From: Hyperthermus butylicus DSM 5456
Lineage (GTDB): Archaea > Thermoproteota > Thermoprotei_A > Sulfolobales > Pyrodictiaceae
Reading direction: 5' to 3'
DNA: 32,000 nt
Assembly (NCBI RefSeq): GCF_000015145.1
Contig: NC_008818.1
Location: forward strand, 30,001-62,000
A program made the translations under genes and the position numbers. The number at the start of each line of letters is the position of its first letter. Position 1 is the stretch's first letter. This document shows, in pieces, positions 1 through 9,407 of this stretch. The notes under the pieces are model-generated. The model saw nothing but the letters and a program-made list of their open reading frames with translations, was not told the DNA's origin and did not search any database.

Positions 1-2
1 AT

Positions 3-1034
3 TGCTACATAAAAGCACTAGCTAAGCGCAATCCCAACGAGCTAACTACTGAAGAGGCTAAGCGTGTAGCGGAGGAGATAGTCGAGATTGGTATCCCACT
101 AGTCGTTTTCAGCGGCGGCGAGCCTCTAGTGAGAAGTGACTTCTGGGAGATAGTAGAACCTATGGCTGGTAAGCAGAGACCGAAACTGTCGTTGAGCACT
201 AATGGCACATTAATAACGAGGGATGTTGCAGAGAAGCTTGCGTCATACCAGTTCAAGTATGTGGGTATATCTATTGATAGCATAAAGCCGGAGTGGCATG
301 ACAGGTTTAGGGGAGTACCCGGCGCATTTGAAGCTGCGGTACGTGGCATAAAATATGTTATGGAGCTAGGTATAGATGTTGGCGTGCGCACCACGCTTAC
401 CAAGTACAATATTGAGGAGGTACCAGCAATACTCAAGTGGGCCTACGATCTCGGCATAAAACGTGTAAGCCTCTACGTCCTAGATACCGTGGGTCGAGGA
501 GCAGGTATTGCAGACTGGCTTCCCACCCATGAGCAGCTCCGCAAATTCGCAGATACAATAATAGATGAAGCACGCAAGTACTCGGGCGAAATGGAGATAT
601 TAATCGTCAGAGCGCAGTTCCTAGGAATCTACATTGCCGACAAGCTTGCTCGCTCTCCCGAGGACTTCATGAAGTACATATCGCTGCTTGATGCGCAGGG
701 CAACTGCGGCAGGAAAAGCATAAGCATATACCCGAATGGCGATGTTAAGCCATGCCAGTTCGTAGACTGGGTAACCCTCGGCAACGTTCGGAGACAGACG
801 CTAAAGGATATACTTAGCCCTGAGAACAAAGAGTTAAAGCCATTCCTAGCCATAGAGAACTACTTACGCGGCCCAAGGTGTGGCAGGTGTCCATTCCGGA
901 GGATATGCGGGGGTGGCAGTAGGGGCAGGGCACTAGAGCTAACCGGCGACGAGTGGGGAGACGACCCGCTATGCTTCATAGACTTCTCCGCGATAGCTAA
1001 GAAGTGGGGCATAGATCCCAATAAGATCCTCTAG
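3..1034 (+). CDS. Radical SAM protein with SPASM domain (5' truncated by window edge)
   Basis: The reading frame is open from base 3 (CYIKALAKRNPNELTTEEAKRVAEEIVEIGIPLVVFSGGEPLVRSD...), so the gene starts upstream of the window and the track start at 129 is internal. It has the GGEP motif and a C-terminal SPASM cysteine pattern (C..PNGDVKPC...CGRCPFRRICGG...C). Confidence 0.9.
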   Translation, partial: CYIKALAKRNPNELTTEEAKRVAEEIVEIGIPLVVFSGGEPLVRSDFWEIVEPMAGKQRPKLSLSTNGTLITRDVAEKLASYQFKYVGISIDSIKPEWHDRFRGVPGAFEAAVRGIKYVMELGIDVGVRTTLTKYNIEEVPAILKWAYDLGIKRVSLYVLDTVGRGAGIADWLPTHEQLRKFADTIIDEARKYSGEMEILIVRAQFLGIYIADKLARSPEDFMKYISLLDAQGNCGRKSISIYPNGDVKPCQFVDWVTLGNVRRQTLKDILSPENKELKPFLAIENYLRGPRCGRCPFRRICGGGSRGRALELTGDEWGDDPLCFIDFSAIAKKWGIDPNKIL

Positions 1035-1798
1035 TGCTCTCTGCAAGGCCTACTAACACCCTTCCTTTTAGCCAGTTCAACAAGTATCGGTATCTCCTTC
1101 AGCTTCTCGCAAGGTAAGAGCTCCCAAATCACACCCGGCGGCCTTGGCCCCCGTTCAGCTACTCTTATGAGTCTCGTTGGCGTAGCGATGAAGTCCACGG
1201 TGAGATCGTAGGGCTCTCTAGGTATATGGTCGACGATTTGTAGATCGTGGACGGTGGTAGCTATAGGTGTATCCTCGTCTACGAGGCCTAGCTCCCTCAT
1301 GATAGCGTACTCTAGCTCTGCATAGCCTTCGCCCTTGCCAACCCTATGCCCATACCTATCAACGGCAACAGAGCCTGTAACTATGAAGTCTATGCCGCCA
1401 AGACTCCTTAACTCATCAATTCCTATGACACGGCCTAGCTGGAAGGCACCACGTATTGTCGAGGCTTTCTCATAGAGGTAGCTGGGTATCCTCTTCGGGT
1501 CAAGAAGTATGAAGCCCTCATGCAGCCTAGGTGTCGCCATAACGAGTAGCTTGCCTTGTCTAAGTGTTGCTAGACGTACCCATCGCTGGGGAGAGTCAGG
1601 GTTGGCTTTCACAATCCTCGCTCTACGCCACTCTCCTAGATCGAATAGCTTAGCAGCGGCCGCTTCTGCACCTCTAAAGTTTGGAATCCTACCCCAGGGC
1701 GGCGGGAACGTAGCAACTCCCCGCTCGGAGAGGAGGCGCCAAATATGCTCCCTCAGCCTCTTCTTATACTCCTTCACATCAATGTGCCCATTGTTCAC
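1031..1798 (-). CDS. 5-formyltetrahydrofolate cyclo-ligase-like protein (MTHFS family)
   Basis: N-terminal helix, basic R/K residues, GxGxGY-like motif (VGKGEGYAELEY) and a TxVHDxQ region typical of archaeal MTHFS-like proteins. GTG start overlaps the upstream stop (GTGA). Confidence 0.75.
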   Translation of the reverse strand: MNNGHIDVKEYKKRLREHIWRLLSERGVATFPPPWGRIPNFRGAEAAAAKLFDLGEWRRARIVKANPDSPQRWVRLATLRQGKLLVMATPRLHEGFILLDPKRIPSYLYEKASTIRGAFQLGRVIGIDELRSLGGIDFIVTGSVAVDRYGHRVGKGEGYAELEYAIMRELGLVDEDTPIATTVHDLQIVDHIPREPYDLTVDFIATPTRLIRVAERGPRPPGVIWELLPCEKLKEIPILVELAKRKGVSRPCREH

Positions 1799-2514
1799 CG
1801 CGGCGCACCCACCCCCTCAAGTAGCTTCTCCAGCCTAGTAGCAGTTGACTCAAAGCTCTCCAGGAGGGCTGCAACTCTAAGCCTCAACAATAGTATGGAG
1901 GCTGTAAGCCTAACGTAACGATAACCCCGCCTTGCCAAAGGCGAGAGTCGCCGGAGAAACTCAACTACACGCACAACGTCGCTTAGCGGTTTTGATAGGT
2001 AGGATGCAGCTTCCTGGATAGTCGGCTTAAGCGCTATCGCCCGCAGGTAGGGTAAAAGCTCAGGCTTAACACGCACCTCTTCGGAGAAAAGCAGTCTTAC
2101 AACCTCAGCTACAGCATCGTAGACAGCGTGGTATACAAGGTCCTCAAGCTCCTCGCTGTCAACTAGGAAGACGTCCTCCAAGGCTATAACTTTCACACCC
2201 AGTTTCTCGGCAAGCTTTTCTGCAGCTTCGTCGGCAAATCCCTTACATATCACTAGCGGTTTAGCATTGAGGAGTATGGCATTACTATATGCTTGCCTAA
2301 CACCGTGTACATCGAGCCTGCCAGCCTTAACTTCTACAGCGTAAAGTTCCCCATCAGGCCCCCTAGCCACGGCATCGACTTCGGCTACCTCTACACCTTC
2401 AATTCGTACCCTCTTATGAACCTCGAGTATCTCGTAGCCCTGCTCCTCCAGCAGTCTAAACGCTATACGTTCGCTTGCATGCCAACGCTTCATCCCACTC
2501 AAACTGGGACACAC
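1795..2514 (-). CDS. Predicted RecB-family endonuclease-like protein with C-terminal helical region
   Basis: Restriction-like core: E...VEVAEVDAVARGPDGELYAVEVKAG (D-ExK pattern). The start may be the internal Met (MKRWHASER). Confidence 0.65.
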   Translation of the reverse strand: MCPSLSGMKRWHASERIAFRLLEEQGYEILEVHKRVRIEGVEVAEVDAVARGPDGELYAVEVKAGRLDVHGVRQAYSNAILLNAKPLVICKGFADEAAEKLAEKLGVKVIALEDVFLVDSEELEDLVYHAVYDAVAEVVRLLFSEEVRVKPELLPYLRAIALKPTIQEAASYLSKPLSDVVRVVEFLRRLSPLARRGYRYVRLTASILLLRLRVAALLESFESTATRLEKLLEGVGAPR

Positions 2515-2611
2515 CCTTTGCTAGCATCGCCCAGGGTTAGGCTTCTAGCAGCGGGTAAGCCCTAATACTTCCATTAGCCAGACATAGCGCTACCCGGGGT
2601 GGAGTACAAGT

Positions 2612-3574
2612 TTGGTACAAAGAGAGGATCTCCTACGTGAACAAGTGACTGATGTCGAGTTGAAGCCTGGAATGACGCTGGACGAGCTAATAGATGCCTA
2701 CGGTGAAATATACGGGTTCATGGCTGGTCATTTGAGGAGAGCAATAGAGATTCTATCTAGGTGCCTCCGCGACGCAGACCTCCGCGTACTATCATTTACA
2801 GCTAACATTGTTGCAACCGGGGTTAGGGGTATACTAGCCCAACTAATCCGCGAGAAACTATTCAACCTTGTCGTAACAACTTGTGGCACTATAGATCATG
2901 ACGTAGCTAGGGGCCTCGGCTATAACTACTACAAGGGATACTTCGAAGCAGACGACAAGATGCTCAGAGAGCTTGAGATACACAGACTCGGCAATATATA
3001 CATCCCGGTTGAAAACTATGGCGAGCCAATAGAGAAGTTTACACATAGAGTACTATCAGATCTCGCTGGGAGGAAGAAGAGGTGGGCAGTCTACGAAGTT
3101 CTCTGGGAGATGGGTGCAAGAATAAATGATAAACACAGCATCCTACGGGCAGCCTACGAGGCTAAGACACCAGTAATAGTTCCAGGGTTTGTGGATGGAG
3201 CTTTTGGGACAGCGGTATTCACGTTTACACAGCTAAACCGTGACTTCGCCATAGATATAATGCTTGACGAGGAGCTGCTAGCAGACCGCTTCTTCAGAGC
3301 CAAGAAGGCAGCAGCGCTGCTCATAGGCGGTGGTATAAGCAAGCACCACTCAATATGGTGGGCTCAGTTCCGCGGCGGATTTGATTGTGCAGTATACGTT
3401 ACAACAGCTGTAGAGTATGATGGAAGCTTGAGTGGGGCACAGCCACGTGAGGCAATTTCATGGGGTAAGATTAAGCCTAGCGGCGAGCACGTGGTAGTCT
3501 ATGGTGATGCGACGATATTGCTACCGCTAATAGCCTATGGCCTGCTTAGGTCTCTGAGATGGGGGAGCGGGTAG
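2612..3574 (+). CDS. dys: Deoxyhypusine synthase
   Basis: Conserved segments TANIVATGVRG, TTCGTIDHDVARG, FVDGAFGTAVF, GGGISKHH and the active-site EAISWGKI motif. TTG start with an upstream GGTGGAG ribosome-binding site. Confidence 0.93.
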   Translation: MVQREDLLREQVTDVELKPGMTLDELIDAYGEIYGFMAGHLRRAIEILSRCLRDADLRVLSFTANIVATGVRGILAQLIREKLFNLVVTTCGTIDHDVARGLGYNYYKGYFEADDKMLRELEIHRLGNIYIPVENYGEPIEKFTHRVLSDLAGRKKRWAVYEVLWEMGARINDKHSILRAAYEAKTPVIVPGFVDGAFGTAVFTFTQLNRDFAIDIMLDEELLADRFFRAKKAAALLIGGGISKHHSIWWAQFRGGFDCAVYVTTAVEYDGSLSGAQPREAISWGKIKPSGEHVVVYGDATILLPLIAYGLLRSLRWGSG

Positions 3575-4112
3575 GCTTAATATCGCTAACCCCTCTTATA
3601 TAGAGGTAGAGTGTGCGCACAAGCCCGGCAATGTAGTATCTCTCGACGTGTACGGGTTTCCAGCCTGGTATAGCGAAGTCTAGTGTGACTATCCTAGTAC
3701 CCACCTTCAACTCTTTCTCAAGCTTTGGTTTTAACGCGGCGTTAACCCTCGTCAACAAGTACATGTAGACTACTGTTGCATCACCTATCGGGACCTTGAA
3801 GAAGTCATCGTTGACGAACTTAACCCTATCGTAAACCCCGGCTTTCCGCGCATTCTCCATAGCTGCTTCTATAAGATCCTTCCTTAGTTCTACACAGACG
3901 GCCTTAGCTCCCCTCCGTGCAGCTTCAATTGCAACTCTGCCATCACCACAACCTAGGTCATAGAATATGTCGCCCTCGCCAACCCTTGCTATACGCATAA
4001 CGTAGTCTATAAGCTGTCTCCTCGTCGGCACCCAGGGCACATCGTAGCTACCGAGCACGGATAACGGTATTGCGGCAAACAGCCCGCGGAATACCTCCAC
4101 CCGCTCACCCAT
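3546..4112 (-). CDS. Class I SAM methyltransferase resembling crenarchaeal protein-lysine methyltransferase (aKMT)
   Basis: VPWVPT...FYDLGCGDGRVAIEA...VNDDFFKVPIGDATVVYMYLLTRVNAALKPKLEKELKVGTRIVTLDFAIPGWKP closely follows the aKMT pattern known from Sulfolobus. The track ORF extends to 4268; start placed at MGERVEVF. Confidence 0.75.
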   Translation of the reverse strand: MGERVEVFRGLFAAIPLSVLGSYDVPWVPTRRQLIDYVMRIARVGEGDIFYDLGCGDGRVAIEAARRGAKAVCVELRKDLIEAAMENARKAGVYDRVKFVNDDFFKVPIGDATVVYMYLLTRVNAALKPKLEKELKVGTRIVTLDFAIPGWKPVHVERYYIAGLVRTLYLYIRGVSDIKPTRSPISET

Positions 4113-4209
4113 ACTGTGCATAGATAAGGCTACGGGAAACCCCCTAATTACCTGGCTCCCACGGCTTCCTTCAGTGGCATCCTCGAATAAGCCTCGAAGG
4201 GTGTAGCTG

Positions 4210-4929
4210 TTGCGGAGACTTGACATCAGCTTCTGGAGGAAGATAATAAGCGACATAGAGGCTATCATCTCCTACTACCGAAGAATGAATAGAATTATGT
4301 CGCTGGGGCATGACGAAAAGGTTCGTTGCGATGCAGTACAAGCTATCTGTAGACATACCAGGTGCATGCTCGTCCTAGACGTAGGGGCTGGTCCAGGCGA
4401 CTCAGTGAGGTGTATATGTAAAGTTGCAAAACCAGCCTACATAGTAGCTGTTGAGCCATCTTCCCGCATGGTAAGGCTTTCTTGCAGAGCATGTCGTCAT
4501 GTGTGTGATGCTGTTGTAGCCATAGCGGAGAGTCTCCCCTTCCGCAGCACGGTCTTTGACGCGGTAACCTCGTTCTACGCTGCTAGGGACTATCTCAACC
4601 TCACAGCGGCTCTAAGAGAGGAGAGGCGGGTAGCTTGTGGAGGAGTAGTCATAGGCGACATATTTGTTCCTGCCAGTAAGCTTCTACGTCTGCTTCAGAA
4701 GATATGGGTATGTGTATTTGCGCCGTTTATAGCGCTCATAGTTGCTGCGGGTAAGTGGAAGCCATATACTACGCTCTGTAGAACTCTTAGCCGCTGGCTT
4801 ACAATAGGCGAAATGGGCTCTATGCTTTGTAGCGGGTATGAAGTCTGTGAACAGCGTGCGTACGTGGTAGGTGGCTTAGGATATGTTGCTGCGTGGCAGA
4901 AGAGTGCTTGTGGCGATAACAGGGGCTAG
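4210..4929 (+). CDS. SAM-dependent methyltransferase (UbiE/Methyltransf_11-like)
   Basis: LVLDVGAGPGDSVRCI motif I, VAVEPSSRMV motif II and AESLPFRSTVFDAV. The start may be the internal Met at about 4264. Confidence 0.65.
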   Translation: MRRLDISFWRKIISDIEAIISYYRRMNRIMSLGHDEKVRCDAVQAICRHTRCMLVLDVGAGPGDSVRCICKVAKPAYIVAVEPSSRMVRLSCRACRHVCDAVVAIAESLPFRSTVFDAVTSFYAARDYLNLTAALREERRVACGGVVIGDIFVPASKLLRLLQKIWVCVFAPFIALIVAAGKWKPYTTLCRTLSRWLTIGEMGSMLCSGYEVCEQRAYVVGGLGYVAAWQKSACGDNRG

Positions 4930-5476
4930 TGGCGTAATCTATGGTGCTAGGCTCGTAGCGCACCTCGCGAAGAGGGGGCTCCTCGAGGCAGTAATCTACA
5001 CTCCATCAGCGTTAATAGTTGCAAGGGAAGAGGGCATAGATCTTGAGAAGTTTATCAAGGGTTTAGGTGTACCAGCCTATCTTTCAACGAGGCTAGATGC
5101 GCCCTATGCGAGTAGTAGCCGTGCACCATGGGCAATGGTTGTTGCTCCCTGCAGTATGAAGACGTTGGCAGCATTAGCCCACGGATATAGCGATAATCTC
5201 GTTACTCGGGCGGCACTAGCAGTGCTAAGGCTTGGCCGTAAGCTAGTCCTAGTAGTGAGGGAAACACCCCTTGGCAAGGCTGAGCTGAGAAACATGCTGC
5301 TAGCGGCCGAAAACGGAGCCATAATACTGCCTGCTGCTCCAGCCTTCTACACGAGGCCCAGAACACTTAGTGATATAGTGGACTTTGTAGTGGGCAAAAT
5401 ACTAGACGTACTTGGTATAGAGCATAGTCTCTACCAGCGCTGGCGCGGCTACTCGAATTCGTCATCGCCAAAGTAG
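4883..5476 (+). CDS. ubiX: UbiX-like flavin prenyltransferase
   Basis: VAITGASGVIYGARL, VVAPCSMKTLAALAHGYSDNLVTRAA, LVLVVRETPL and PAAPAFYTRPRTLSDIVDFVVGKILD are diagnostic. Confidence 0.92.
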   Translation: MLLRGRRVLVAITGASGVIYGARLVAHLAKRGLLEAVIYTPSALIVAREEGIDLEKFIKGLGVPAYLSTRLDAPYASSSRAPWAMVVAPCSMKTLAALAHGYSDNLVTRAALAVLRLGRKLVLVVRETPLGKAELRNMLLAAENGAIILPAAPAFYTRPRTLSDIVDFVVGKILDVLGIEHSLYQRWRGYSNSSSPK

Positions 5477-5790
5477 CCCTTGCGTTTCATCAGCTTTTCT
5501 ATCTTTGACATGGCCTCCTCTTCAGCCCTAATCTCTCTCTCTAGATCCTCGATCCGGGTCTCTTGAGTTTGCTTCTCCTTAGCATAGAGGCATGTGCCAT
5601 CAGGCAGCAGTGCCTTTAAAGCACAAGCAGCGTACTGGCATGCACCACCGATACATTCGTCACCTATCCATCTGCAGTATGCTACTCTCTGCATCTTTCC
5701 GTGTACCGGCTTGCGGACCACTGTTAGTGAATTGTTTAGGCAGCGAAAGTATGGGCAGAGAGGGTTACACTTGCCGTCGGGCAAGGGCAT
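5449..5790 (-). CDS. Small cysteine-rich conserved protein of unknown function (possible metal or Fe-S binding)
   Basis: MPLPDGKCNPLCPYFRCLNN...YCRWIGDECIGGACQYAACAL...CLYAK followed by a charged helical tail. The track ORF extends to 5955, but that N-terminus looks non-coding. Confidence 0.6.
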   Translation of the reverse strand: MPLPDGKCNPLCPYFRCLNNSLTVVRKPVHGKMQRVAYCRWIGDECIGGACQYAACALKALLPDGTCLYAKEKQTQETRIEDLEREIRAEEEAMSKIEKLMKRKGYFGDDEFE

Positions 5791-5979
5791 CGGCCTAGAT
5801 TTTTCGCCTCCCCTACGCGGCACACCAGGTTCCCTACGTGGCTGTCGTGCAGGTGGCCTACCGCCCCTCCTGCTAAAGGACAAATTTCTACACCTCGCCC
5901 AGCATACTGCTATGCACCATCCGGCGAGAGAGCGTAGGCAATGCTGGCTTGCCACTTACAGTCTCTCTGGCCAATCTTA

Positions 5980-6525
5980 TTAGGGCTTACTCCACTTAAG
6001 CAACAGGTAGCGTATCGGTGTATCCCTCGGACCTGTAAGCGCTAGGATAAATGCCTTCCTAACACTATGGCTAAGCCTTCCCGCGCGAACTATTTCAAGA
6101 GGATCTATCTCCTCGTCCACACGCATAACATGGACTAGATAGGGTGCATGCTCGAGCCCAGGTCCGCGTTCATACACGGCAAAGTCTGAGCCATATTTGA
6201 GCCCAGACCTAACAACATAGCCCCGGTCTCTCAAGTCACGATAAACCTTGTAGAGCAGCTCAAATTTAGGTATAAACCTTTCAGCTCGCCTCCTTACCTC
6301 CTCAACACTTACCCTGTGGCCTTCCTCGTCGTAGACCTCTAGCATACCCCTCTCTAGCAGGTGGAGTGTCTCCAGGAGCCCAAGCTCTAGCGGCGCGTCA
6401 AAATTAGAGCCACGGGGCTTAGGTATGCCTAAAGGCTTACCATAGTATCCGCTTGCATAGAGCCTTCTGGCTGCCTCCCGGTCAAACACTACAGCTCTGA
6501 GCCCCAGCAATACAGCCCGTATCAT
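5980..6525 (-). CDS. endA: tRNA-splicing endonuclease
   Basis: C-terminal catalytic motif YRDLRDRGYVVRSGLKYGSDFAVYERGPGLEHAPYLVHV with Y/H/K catalytic residues. Confidence 0.93.
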   Translation of the reverse strand: MIRAVLLGLRAVVFDREAARRLYASGYYGKPLGIPKPRGSNFDAPLELGLLETLHLLERGMLEVYDEEGHRVSVEEVRRRAERFIPKFELLYKVYRDLRDRGYVVRSGLKYGSDFAVYERGPGLEHAPYLVHVMRVDEEIDPLEIVRAGRLSHSVRKAFILALTGPRDTPIRYLLLKWSKP

Positions 6526-6539
6526 TGCATCACCGTTGT

Positions 6540-7247
6540 CTAGCGGCCGGCAACCATGTAGAGTGCTAGGAACTTAACGTTTTCAGCAGCATCCCTAATA
6601 GTATCAGCTATATCTTCGATGAGATCTGTAATATCCTTTATCAGCATTAGCGCAACAATATCGCTCTTTAGCTCCCTATATAGTGAAAAGACCAGCTCAC
6701 GGTAGAGCGCGTCAACATCATTTTCTATATTTAGTACGCGCTGTGCCTCCTCATAGCTCTTCTTCGGGTTCGACCATAGATGATTTATTGCCTTCTCCAG
6801 GCTCTCAAACTCCTTGGACAAGGTTTCAGCTATAGCCTTAAGCTTCATGGTCACGTCGTTAGCTGAGAGTATTGAGCTCTTAGTATTTGAAGATAAGAGG
6901 TAGGCCCTATATGCTATGCCTTCGGCGGACTGTGCAACGCTGGTGAGGTAGAGGAACAAGTCCTTGTATATAGTGTTGGTTGTTAGAATGTTGCCAAGTC
7001 TAGCAAGGTAGGTTAGCGCGTCGTCCTTCATGGCTTCGACTCTGTCCTTTGCACTCCTAATCTCGCTGTGAAGCCTACCCAGCTGCTCAGTGTCGCCACG
7101 CACTAGGGCATCTATTACGCTCCTAATGCCTGCAATCTCCTTTGAAAGCTCGCGTATGACCCCAACTATCTGCTCGGTTAGACTCTCCTCGGCTAGTGAT
7201 TGTTGTCTTCTCCTCTCAATATCATAATCATAGTACTCCTCAGCCAA
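6540..7247 (-). CDS. Helical protein, possibly PhoU/DUF47-like
   Basis: All-helical sequence with acidic repeated pattern (ENDVDALYRELVFSLYRE...LMLIKDITDLIEDIADTIRDAAE) resembling PhoU/DUF47 repeats. Confidence 0.5.
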   Translation of the reverse strand: MAEEYYDYDIERRRQQSLAEESLTEQIVGVIRELSKEIAGIRSVIDALVRGDTEQLGRLHSEIRSAKDRVEAMKDDALTYLARLGNILTTNTIYKDLFLYLTSVAQSAEGIAYRAYLLSSNTKSSILSANDVTMKLKAIAETLSKEFESLEKAINHLWSNPKKSYEEAQRVLNIENDVDALYRELVFSLYRELKSDIVALMLIKDITDLIEDIADTIRDAAENVKFLALYMVAGR

Positions 7248-7366
7248 GCTACTATCCCGAGTGTAGGTGAAGTTTCGGAAGAGGTATTAGAAGGGTTATG
7301 CTGTGTAATGTAGTGCAGTGGAATAGGTGTAGTATAGAGAGGTCTTGAGTAAAAGGGGCATGGAGC

Positions 7367-8953
7367 ATGGATGTTGTGGTTGTTGATGCATTAGCGCATG
7401 GAAGGTATGCGCGTCGACAGGTAACAGTCGATGTTATAGGTGCTGGTCCCCGAACAGTGGCAGGTGTCCTTGAACAGAAGGGGCTAAACGTAGACCTCTA
7501 CATTGCCGAGGATGTTGTGGAAAATCCGTCGAGACTGCGTGGTTATAGTGCGCTGCTCGTTAGTGGTATGAGTGTTGATGAGCCAACCGTTGCTAGGATT
7601 GTAAGACTTTGGAGGAGAAACTCTAGGGGTCCCGTGATAGTTGGGGGTCCCATAGCTGCTGACCCGGAGTTCCTCGTACGTGTCAGAGGCGATGTAGGAG
7701 TCTATGGCGAGGCGGAGCCCGTGATAGAGAAGCTTGTTGAAACCGGTATATTCGAGCAGCAACGGCTAGATCCGAGAACGCTAGAACGCCTATGCGGAAT
7801 AGTCTACGTCGAGAATGGAGGGAGGCTTCGCGTCAATAGGAGATGCCCGATAATGCCGAGAAGGGTGTGGGAGAGGTATAGGCCTAGCACACGGGTTATC
7901 CGAGGCTATCCACTCTACTGGGCTGCAAGAGTCTACGTTGAGGTTGTACGAGGCTGTAGTAACTATAGCTTCCCAAGGCTCGACGGTATTCTTCCACCAG
8001 AGCTTCTTCCCGAAAAACCAATACCAGGCTGTGCCTACTGTAGCGTCATACCCCTCTACGGCTATGCTAGGAGCAGGAGTATAGACCATGTGTATGAGGA
8101 GGTTAAGGAACTCATAGATCAAGGTGTACATCGCATAGTGCTCAGCGGTCCAGACTTTCTCGACTATGGAAGGGACTGGCTAGTAGAACCTAGCCCCTTG
8201 CTAGATCCGCGTAACCCACCTCCAAACACAAAGGCTATAGCTGAGCTATTGCGGAGGATTACGGCGATACCGGAGGTTTCAAGCGGTGAAGTCTCAGTAA
8301 TGGTTGAAAACATAAAGCCAAACCTAGTCAATGATGAGGTTGTATTGGTTCTTGGAAGATACTTACGCGGAACACCCGTACACATAGGTGCTGAGACCGG
8401 TGATAACAAACTCCTTGAGGCCCTAGGTAGATCGGCAACGGTTTACGAGGTTGTGAAGGCTGTACGGCTTCTACGTAGGCACGGCCTTCGCCCATACGTG
8501 TATATCATGTATTGTCTCCCAGGCGAGACAAGCAGAACAATAAGACAGACAGTGGAATATATGGAAAAGCTCTACAATGCTGGGGCTGAAAAGATAACAG
8601 TCTACAAGTTTACACCCTTGCCCCTATCTTACCTACACAAGCTGGCAGGCACTAACTACGACACCAAATGCCCTAATCCACACCCAGTGAGGCTCCGGGC
8701 GGAAGAGATCAATAAAAGGGCTAAGAGGAGGCTCATAGGGCTAAGGATTCGGGTCATAATTGTAGGCTATTACCGTGGAAGGAGGCCTCTAGGCTACCCG
8801 CTAAAGCACGGCCCTGTAGTCCTACTCGACCGGGGCTCGATAGGAGACCTTGTGGACGCGAGGATAGTTGACGTGATTAGCGATAGAATGGTGGAGGCTA
8901 CAGTGATTAAGCGTATCAAAACGTTGGCAGGAGAATCGATGGAGAGAAGCTAG
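7367..8953 (+). CDS. B12-binding-like/radical SAM protein with atypical cysteine spacing
   Basis: N-terminal Rossmann-like region (VVGGPIAADPEFLVRV..YGEAEPVI), then VEVVRGC...GCAYC, HIGAETGDNKLLEALGR and YVYIMYCLPGE typical of radical SAM enzymes. Confidence 0.8.
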   Translation: MDVVVVDALAHGRYARRQVTVDVIGAGPRTVAGVLEQKGLNVDLYIAEDVVENPSRLRGYSALLVSGMSVDEPTVARIVRLWRRNSRGPVIVGGPIAADPEFLVRVRGDVGVYGEAEPVIEKLVETGIFEQQRLDPRTLERLCGIVYVENGGRLRVNRRCPIMPRRVWERYRPSTRVIRGYPLYWAARVYVEVVRGCSNYSFPRLDGILPPELLPEKPIPGCAYCSVIPLYGYARSRSIDHVYEEVKELIDQGVHRIVLSGPDFLDYGRDWLVEPSPLLDPRNPPPNTKAIAELLRRITAIPEVSSGEVSVMVENIKPNLVNDEVVLVLGRYLRGTPVHIGAETGDNKLLEALGRSATVYEVVKAVRLLRRHGLRPYVYIMYCLPGETSRTIRQTVEYMEKLYNAGAEKITVYKFTPLPLSYLHKLAGTNYDTKCPNPHPVRLRAEEINKRAKRRLIGLRIRVIIVGYYRGRRPLGYPLKHGPVVLLDRGSIGDLVDARIVDVISDRMVEATVIKRIKTLAGESMERS

Positions 8954-9393
8954 TAATATCTATCAACAATATCCTGTAGCTTCTCGACAATACTATCTAG
9001 CTCTTGAAGATCGTTGCGAATCTCGTCCTCAGCGTTGCTGAGAAGACGCGCCCCCCTCCTCCCAAGCACTATACTCTTCTTCAAGAGATCCCTCTCGAGC
9101 TCAGCGCCAACAATTATCATGTACTCGCTCAGCGTGGCAATGTTGCCTCTTATCTCGTCGGTAACATCTTCAAGCCGTACAGCGCCGTTAAGCACGCCCA
9201 TAAGCCGAGAGCGTAGCGTCCTAAGCCTCTTAATGTATGTGAGTGCAAGGGATTGCAACTCCTCATCATAGGGATCTCTGCGTAGCCTAACCAGGACACG
9301 GTTAAGAGCCTTAACAGTCTTAGCATGTCTTGTGGCAACATCTTCTAATACACGGAGCAGCTTATGGGGATCTACAAGACCCTCCTCGCTCAC
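8950..9393 (-). CDS. Small helical/coiled-coil protein of unknown function
   Basis: ORF with Leu/Arg/Glu-rich helical composition. The track start at 9408 is TTG; GTG at 9393 (VSEEGLVDPHK) is preferred. Confidence 0.5.
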   Translation of the reverse strand: MSEEGLVDPHKLLRVLEDVATRHAKTVKALNRVLVRLRRDPYDEELQSLALTYIKRLRTLRSRLMGVLNGAVRLEDVTDEIRGNIATLSEYMIIVGAELERDLLKKSIVLGRRGARLLSNAEDEIRNDLQELDSIVEKLQDIVDRYY

Positions 9394-9407
9394 AGCAACA
9401 CCACCCA

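Noticed and set aside
5-436. Short ORFs antisense to confident genes, e.g. 5-436 (-), 629-853 (-), 15076-15570 (-), 17426-17710 (+), 25174-25533 (+), 30173-30508 (-).
   Set aside because: They overlap strongly supported CDSs, have low-complexity Ser/Leu/Arg-rich composition and show no recognisable domains. They are most likely shadows of codon bias.
5791-5955. N-terminal extension of the 5449-5955 ORF.
   Set aside because: Arg/Gly/Pro-rich sequence without domain character. The internal ATG at 5790 gives a coherent cysteine-rich protein.
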